Source of the DNA: Nitrospinota bacterium
GTDB lineage: Bacteria; Nitrospinota; Nitrospinia; Nitrospinales; VA-1
Assembly: GCA_038108555.1 (NCBI GenBank)
Contig: JAYNIA010000067.1
Coordinates: forward strand, 1-11,151
Length of the DNA: 11,151 nt
Direction: 5' to 3'
A program made the position numbers and the translations under genes. This document shows positions 7,711 to 11,151 of this stretch, one piece after another (the stretch's first letter is position 1; the number at the start of each line of letters is the position of its first letter). The notes below the pieces were generated by a model that ran no database searches, was not told where the DNA came from, and saw only the letters and a program-made list of their open reading frames with translations.

Positions 7711-9918
7711 ATGGATACCCATGAAGACACAAAAGTAGAAAATATAGAAACCACCGATTCGACCGAAAATGGCAAGGATAACCCCTTAAATCTCTCTGAG
7801 GAGCAGATTAAAAAGGCCCGGAAAAAACTAGCGATAGAAAACAAAAAGAATAGTTTGTCCGACGAAGAAACCCTTTTTTACAACCGGCAGGCCTTTTTAA
7901 GATTTAATAGATTCAAGATAGATCGCACCCTCGTCACTTTATCCGAAATCGACAGAACCATCTTCCTGATTGTGCCTCGATTGCTGCATGTTCATCAGGA
8001 AGGGTTGCCCGGCTATTTTGAAGGAAATCCCCCTTGCGGAATCCATAACTTCCAACTGGATATGGAAGCGCAATACGCGATGGAGAAAATGTTTCCAGAT
8101 GTGATTATCCGTAGAAACCCGGAACTAAAACCAGTCATCCACACAGCCCTTTTAATGGGTAGTGTGGGGTCCATCGCGCAAACCAAAAAGTCCGATTTAG
8201 ACTACACGCTTCTTGTAGACAAGAGGGATTTTACAGAAGAGAGCATGAAGCTTTTCCAGAAAAAGCTGAACCTCATTGAACAATGGACATGGGATAACTA
8301 CAACCTGGAAACCCACTTCTTCATAAACGATTATGAAGAGGTAAAAAACAATATCTTTGGTGAAAGTGATAGTGAAAGTACTGGGTCGGCACTTGCCAAA
8401 CTTCTCAAAGAAGAGATGTACCGAACCATGATTATTGTTACGGGAAAAGTTCCCTTTTGGTTGATCTCCCCTGTGGATGCCGATGATGACAGATATTATG
8501 AGCTGTACCAAAAATTATTAAATGGAAATACGCTTCTCAAAAAAGAAGAATTCATTGATATGGGTAACGTTGATGATATCTCACAAGGGGAATTCTTTGG
8601 GGGTTCCATTTGGGCATTGATTAAATCATTCAAATCCCCGTTCAAAACCCTTATGAAAATGGGTGTCCTCGAGGAATATATGTTTGGAGATACAAAATCC
8701 AACCTCCTGTGCCACCAAATTAAGGATAAATATTTTGGGGATACCCCTTATCTGGATATCGACCCCTACCTTGGTATGTTCGAACGGGTACAGCAGTTCT
8801 TTAAGGATGAAAAAGATGAGGATGCCCTGGATGCTCTGCGAACGGCTTTTTACTTGAAAGTGGGCACCCGTGTAGAACCAGAAGAACTGGAAAAAGGCAG
8901 CAAAAACTGGAAAAAGAATACTCTGGTTAAAATGCTCAACGACTGGGAATGGGATGCGGAAAAAGTTGAACGCCTCAACGATTATGGGAACTGGCAAATG
9001 ATGCATAAAGTTGACCTGGGTAACCGGATCAACAAAATCCTGATGGCATCTTATAAAAATATCTCCGAGAAAAATAAAACCCTGGATCCAAGCGAAAGTT
9101 TAATTACCGAAAAAGACACTCACCTTCTCGGTCGAAAACTATTCAGCTTTTACAGGACAGCACCTAACAAGGTAGATAACCTGGGAGCACTGGTAGATGG
9201 TAAAACTGCTGAGACTGAATTGACATTCCTACAGGAGAAAAAATCCTCGCGGGAAAAAGCAACCTGGTATCTCATTCGAGGAAAAACAAGGGCCTATCTG
9301 GAGCAAATTGATCCGGACAACATCATCAAAAAATCCAGCACCCTCCCATTTTTAATGGCTTTTACGGTTTTCAACCATCTTTATAATGATGAAACCCAGA
9401 TTATGGTAAGGGCCGAGGGCAACTCTATGAAAGATGGTGATGTCGAGAATTTGCTCGGTCAGTTGAGCCAATTTATAGCATCTGTAAACATTGCAGCCCT
9501 ATCCAACGAAGACCTGATGGCCGAAGCAAAGGTCAACCAGCTATTTATGCTAATAGACTTTGGCACCCCTCCCCCACCAGAAATTACGATGGGAAACATC
9601 AACGACTGCAAAAATAACGATGAATTGAACAAATTCATCTCCAGACGAATTGACCGGATAAAAAGCATCACAACAACTTATCTCACATCGTGGGGAGAGC
9701 TTTTTTGTAAAACCTATACAGGGTTAAACTGTATGGCTCGGTGTATTGGTGAGTTGACCCCCCAATTGGCACCTGAAAAGGTTGAAAAACCGGATTTTCT
9801 TAAGGTTTATATTCCGAGTGGCCGAAAAGAAATACTACAAATAGCTTGGTTGAATAACTATATTATCCGCTCCCTGCTGATCAAGTCACAAGCTCAAGCA
9901 GAGAAGGTCGCCAGCTAA
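7711..9918 (+). CDS. cyaA: Class I adenylate cyclase
   Basis: Nucleotidyltransferase-type catalytic motif MGSVGSIAQTKKSDLDY (8155-8205; GS plus DxD). Collinear class I blocks: LLHVHQEGLPGY, ETHFF, ESTGSA..LLKEEMYRT, EFFGGSIWALIKSFKSPFK, DPY, LRTAFYLK, LLGRKLFSFY..APNKV and TSWGELF. Confidence 0.92.
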   Translation: MDTHEDTKVENIETTDSTENGKDNPLNLSEEQIKKARKKLAIENKKNSLSDEETLFYNRQAFLRFNRFKIDRTLVTLSEIDRTIFLIVPRLLHVHQEGLPGYFEGNPPCGIHNFQLDMEAQYAMEKMFPDVIIRRNPELKPVIHTALLMGSVGSIAQTKKSDLDYTLLVDKRDFTEESMKLFQKKLNLIEQWTWDNYNLETHFFINDYEEVKNNIFGESDSESTGSALAKLLKEEMYRTMIIVTGKVPFWLISPVDADDDRYYELYQKLLNGNTLLKKEEFIDMGNVDDISQGEFFGGSIWALIKSFKSPFKTLMKMGVLEEYMFGDTKSNLLCHQIKDKYFGDTPYLDIDPYLGMFERVQQFFKDEKDEDALDALRTAFYLKVGTRVEPEELEKGSKNWKKNTLVKMLNDWEWDAEKVERLNDYGNWQMMHKVDLGNRINKILMASYKNISEKNKTLDPSESLITEKDTHLLGRKLFSFYRTAPNKVDNLGALVDGKTAETELTFLQEKKSSREKATWYLIRGKTRAYLEQIDPDNIIKKSSTLPFLMAFTVFNHLYNDETQIMVRAEGNSMKDGDVENLLGQLSQFIASVNIAALSNEDLMAEAKVNQLFMLIDFGTPPPPEITMGNINDCKNNDELNKFISRRIDRIKSITTTYLTSWGELFCKTYTGLNCMARCIGELTPQLAPEKVEKPDFLKVYIPSGRKEILQIAWLNNYIIRSLLIKSQAQAEKVAS

Positions 9919-9948
9919 AAAAATAAATTTAAGCGCAAATAAAGCCGT

Positions 9949-10773
9949 ATGGCAGCAGCAACACAAGAAGCAGAGGCACCCGCAGGTGCAGAACAGGAAG
10001 AACGTCAGGAAACAGGAATCGACACCGGCACATTGCTGGGTGTACTTTCTGGCGTGTTTCTCATTGTTATCGCAATCATCAGGGGGGGAGATGCGGCCAT
10101 TTTTGTAAACCTTAACAGCGCATTGATAGTTGTTGGCGGTACCGTAGCCACAGGCTTTATTGCATTTCCCTCTAAAAGGATTACGGTAATGATCCCGGTC
10201 ATCCAGAATGCCTTTAAACCTGGAGTATACGAACCGGAAGACTATGTAGACGATATTATGAGACTGGCCTCCCGATACCGTTCCGGGGGAATGAAACAGC
10301 TCGAAAACGAAGAAAGCAAACTGGACAACCGGTTTCTAAAGAGTGGCGTTGCCATGATCGTGGACGGATACAATGCCAAAGAAATCCATGAGCTCATGGA
10401 AAGGGAGTTGAATGCCATGCTGGATAGGCATAACTCAGGGCAAAAAGTTTTAAGGTTCATGTCTGTACAGGCTCCGGTATTTGGAATGGCAGGAACTCTC
10501 ATTGGTCTCATTCAAATGTTGATGCACATTGATCACCCGTCCACCATTGGACCGGCCCTGGCAACAGCATTGATTACGACATTCTATGGGCTTTTATTAG
10601 CAAACTTGATTTTAACTCCATTAGCAGCCAAATTGGGTTCCCGAACAGATATGGAAGGAACCCTGTTTCGAGCGATCAGGGTAGGAATTATGGGCATCCA
10701 TGACCGGGTGAATCCGCAAAAAATTCAACGCACCATGAACGCACTACTTCCACCCTCACAACAGCGAGAATAA
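9949..10773 (+). CDS. motA: MotA/PomA/MotP-family stator subunit
   Basis: N-terminal hydrophobic hairpin with SALIVVGGT. Cytoplasmic YRSGGMKQLE and FLKSGVAMIVDG. TM3 APVFGMAGTLIGLIQML and TM4 GPALATALITTFYGLLLANLILTPLAAKL, with both conserved prolines. Confidence 0.94.
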   Translation: MAAATQEAEAPAGAEQEERQETGIDTGTLLGVLSGVFLIVIAIIRGGDAAIFVNLNSALIVVGGTVATGFIAFPSKRITVMIPVIQNAFKPGVYEPEDYVDDIMRLASRYRSGGMKQLENEESKLDNRFLKSGVAMIVDGYNAKEIHELMERELNAMLDRHNSGQKVLRFMSVQAPVFGMAGTLIGLIQMLMHIDHPSTIGPALATALITTFYGLLLANLILTPLAAKLGSRTDMEGTLFRAIRVGIMGIHDRVNPQKIQRTMNALLPPSQQRE

Positions 10774-10778
10774 TTTAA

Positions 10779-11151
10779 ATGTCAAATGTAGATGAAATTA
10801 TTTCTTTAGTTCTTAAGGAGCCCAAACAAGATGGCGCAGATTTCAGCGGCTTCGACCTTAAAGGGGTGAGCCTGAATGGTGCCAGCTTTGTCTTTGCAAC
10901 ATTGTTGGATGTTGTAATGGAAGATGCGGAACTCCGCGAAATTGATTTCTCACAGGCTTCTTTAGACAAAAGCTCCTTTAAAAATGCAAAAATAAAAGGT
11001 GAGGCATTTTTTGACAATAAATTACTTTTTAATCAAAGCAACTATCATACCGCTAAATTTAGGGGCCATGAAATAGGAATGATCTTTCAGGACCCCATGA
11101 CCTCGCTTAATCCTTATCTAACCATTGAAGAACAGCTTGGCCTTGTATTGA
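10779..11151 (+). CDS. Pentapeptide-repeat protein, 3'-truncated; its last ~55 codons resemble an OppD/DppD-type ABC ATPase
   Basis: Absent from the ORF track because it has no stop in the window. ATG is 5 nt after the motA stop and the frame is open to the end. Translation: MSNVDEIISLVLKEPKQDG-ADFSG-FDLKG-VSLNG-ASFVF-ATLLD-VVMED-AELRE-IDFSQ-ASLDK-SSFKN-AKIKG-EAFFDNKLLFNQSNYHTAKFRGHEIGMIFQDPMTSLNPYLTIEEQLGLVL. Confidence 0.8.
   Translation, partial: MSNVDEIISLVLKEPKQDGADFSGFDLKGVSLNGASFVFATLLDVVMEDAELREIDFSQASLDKSSFKNAKIKGEAFFDNKLLFNQSNYHTAKFRGHEIGMIFQDPMTSLNPYLTIEEQLGLVL

Noticed and set aside
7711..9918. CBASS/CD-NTase or other defence nucleotidyltransferase
   Set aside because: The GS/DxD motif is shared across the superfamily, but the many collinear blocks specifically match class I adenylate cyclase, and no Cap effector is adjacent.
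6024..10773. Zorya anti-phage system (ZorAB)
   Set aside because: The A subunit is a normal-length, flagellar-type protein with rotor-contact charges and no long tail. The tail is on B, and no zorC/D/E-like helicase or nuclease is present. The resemblance is an analogy only.
10775..11017. 80-aa minus-strand ORF
   Set aside because: Antisense shadow of the plus-strand pentapeptide-repeat gene starting at 10779.
1..11151. CRISPR array, tRNA/rRNA or IS element
   Set aside because: No regularly spaced repeats, cloverleaf-like segments, transposase motifs or terminal inverted repeats were seen. The intergenic gaps are short.

Overview
Bacterial chromosomal window (about 40% GC by eye; the gene set hints at a marine Nitrospinota/Deltaproteobacteria-like organism, which is inference only). 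Left to right it holds: a 5'-truncated FdhF/YdeP-family molybdopterin oxidoreductase; a coupled secreted POTRA-like/coiled-coil protein; an XRE-family regulator (-); an orphan OmpR/PhoB-family response regulator split by one in-frame TAG (-); and an ampG permease overlapping a YqiA/YcfP-type esterase (-). Divergent from these is the most unusual element: a co-oriented cluster of a MotB-family stator subunit with a ~290-aa cytoplasmic coiled-coil extension, a class I adenylate cyclase, a MotA/PomA-family subunit, and a pentapeptide-repeat gene that the ORF track missed. An adenylate cyclase inserted between reversed stator genes suggests a possible stator-coupled cAMP signalling module. The last gene switches in frame into OppD/DppD-like ABC ATPase sequence near the window end, probably an assembly chimera. 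No RNA genes, CRISPR arrays or mobile elements were recognised.
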